Shown: positions 62,866-64,000 of the stretch, piece by piece | Position numbering within the stretch: the stretch's first letter is position 1 | Layout of the letters: every line of letters starts with the position of its first letter | From: Escherichia phage vB_EcoM_TH18 | Strand: one strand, 5' to 3' | Length of the DNA stretch: 64,000 nucleotides | Sequence record: ON075799 | Translations under genes and position numbers: made by a program | The notes under the pieces: model-generated | The model's database searches: none | Seen by the model: only the letters and a program-made list of their open reading frames with translations | What the model was told of the DNA's origin: nothing

Positions 62866-63444
62866 TCAATGACCATCAGCAGTGAAAATGTCTTTTTCCA
62901 TGCACATTTGGTATGCTTCTGGTAGATCCAAAATTCTCCCATGTACATCCCAACCCACATCAAGGATCCGCCCTTTCGCACTGTAAGATCCGTGGCAATG
63001 ACCGTGCAAGAATACAGACCCATAGTGAGATTTATTCCACGCGGCAAACGGGTAATGACTCATACAAATTTTTTGTTCATAATCGTTAAATTCGTAATAA
63101 TCGCACACATCATGACCACGTTTTTTGAATGTTTTAATCGCATCAAAATTGTCATGATTGCCTTTGACAAGGACGATATGCCCCACAAGTTCATCAAGAA
63201 TTTCTTCAAGTCTTTTAATAACTTGCTTGCCATGACCGAAACAGAAATCACCAAGCACAAAAGTCACAGTGTCAGCATTTGCGCCGTGGTTAAATTTCAC
63301 TGTGAGGTCTTGGTTCATTTGTTCAACGGTTTTGTACAAATCACCACGAAAACGTTTTGAACTCTCAAAGTTCAGGATGTTTTTATGCCAGTAATGTAAA
63401 TCAGATGTTACACGGTATTTAGTTCCCATTTCTCTCTCCCACAC
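62866..63444 (-). CDS. calcineurin-like metallophosphoesterase (phosphatase)
   Basis: Motifs SDLH, GDFCFGHG, GNHD, HGHCHG. Confidence 0.8.
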   Translation of the reverse strand: MWEREMGTKYRVTSDLHYWHKNILNFESSKRFRGDLYKTVEQMNQDLTVKFNHGANADTVTFVLGDFCFGHGKQVIKRLEEILDELVGHIVLVKGNHDNFDAIKTFKKRGHDVCDYYEFNDYEQKICMSHYPFAAWNKSHYGSVFLHGHCHGSYSAKGRILDVGWDVHGRILDLPEAYQMCMEKDIFTADGH

Positions 63445-63451
63445 ACCAAAA

Positions 63452-63889
63452 TCACTGTCGCTCTAACAAATCTTCTGCTGGATAAGCATACAGCATGTAT
63501 TCCCAACCACGATGATAGTGTCTGTGTTGCCAGTTGATTAATTTTAGACACACAATGTTCACCACGTTCCTGTCCCCATGAATAAAAACACAAGTCTCAA
63601 GGATTGACTTTCCAAACTCAACATGGCTGTCAAGATACAGTTTTGTGTTGTATCTTTTTTCAGCATCCAGCATGATCTGTTTCAGTGCCTGAAATGCCTC
63701 ACAACACACAGATTTTTCATCAGAAATCATTTTGATATTCAAGCATTCACCCCCACCCAGGCAACCACGTAAATCGTGTCTGATCACCACAACATAATCG
63801 GTTTGAAACAAACCTGTTTGACACACAAAACACATCGTCGTAGTGTCATGCCCAAACACAGACAGACATGATACGACGAAGATCCCCAC
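63452..63889 (-). CDS. hypothetical protein (145 aa or shorter); first gene after the right-hand inverted repeat
   Basis: ORF begins at a GTG inside the repeat; the true start is probably an internal ATG. Confidence 0.35.
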   Translation of the reverse strand: MGIFVVSCLSVFGHDTTTMCFVCQTGLFQTDYVVVIRHDLRGCLGGGECLNIKMISDEKSVCCEAFQALKQIMLDAEKRYNTKLYLDSHVEFGKSILETCVFIHGDRNVVNIVCLKLINWQHRHYHRGWEYMLYAYPAEDLLERQ

Positions 63890-64000
63890 ACAGAGTCACA
63901 TAGTGACTTGTGACAACCCGAATCCATGATTGAGATTAACACACAGAGACAAACCTGTGGGGTTTGTTGATGTGGGTTTATCTCAGAATGGCTCATGAGG
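63882..64000. repeat. 119-bp inverted repeat, copy B (reverse complement of 9860-9978); truncated by the window edge
   Basis: 119/119 identity after reverse complementing. Confidence 0.9.

Noticed and set aside
1-64000. Prophage or integrative element interpretation
   Set aside because: No integrase, excisionase, CI-like repressor module or attachment-site-like direct repeats; gene content is that of a lytic phage early region.

Overview
This 64-kb window reads as the early / nucleotide-metabolism region of a large virulent tailed phage (about 40% GC by eye). No integrase, repressor-lysogeny module, structural or packaging genes are visible. Gene content resembles T5-like or Felix O1-like phages, but that is inference from memory of those genomes, not a search result. 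Layout: (1) 1-5.6 kb, a minus-strand cluster of about 18 tRNA genes separated by hairpins; (2) 6.5-9.5 kb, minus-strand NAD+ salvage genes (NAMPT, PRPP synthetase); (3) 9.5-9.9 kb, an extremely AT-rich divergent control region followed by a 119-bp sequence that is repeated, inverted and identical, at the right edge of the window (63882-64000); (4) 10-22.9 kb, a plus-strand module of about 30 small genes, most with near-consensus sigma70 promoters, a conserved AGAGGTAAAT ribosome-binding site and intergenic hairpins, interrupted at 13.0-14.2 kb by an iteron-like repeat locus with a divergently transcribed small gene; (5) 22.9-25.35 kb, a 2.4-kb non-coding region where the two convergent transcription blocks meet, packed with large perfect palindromes and oriented CA-rich / TGTGTGG repeats; (6) 25.4-63.9 kb, a long minus-strand block encoding CCA-adding enzyme, DNA methyltransferase, ClpP-like protease, PhoH, endolysin, anaerobic RNR (NrdD split by two ORF-less intervening sequences, plus NrdG), glutaredoxin, NrdAB, a ThyX-like protein carrying a LAGLIDADG intein, dNMP kinase, nucleases, an SPFH/NfeD-like membrane pair, ATP-dependent DNA ligase, a sirtuin, and a three-gene RNA-repair-like set (kinase, RNA ligase-like, metallophosphoesterase). 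All calls were made by eye from the ORF track and sequence: motif-level protein assignments, hand-folded tRNAs, and coordinates of non-coding elements approximate to a few bases. ORF-track coordinates are used for CDS unless a better start is stated.
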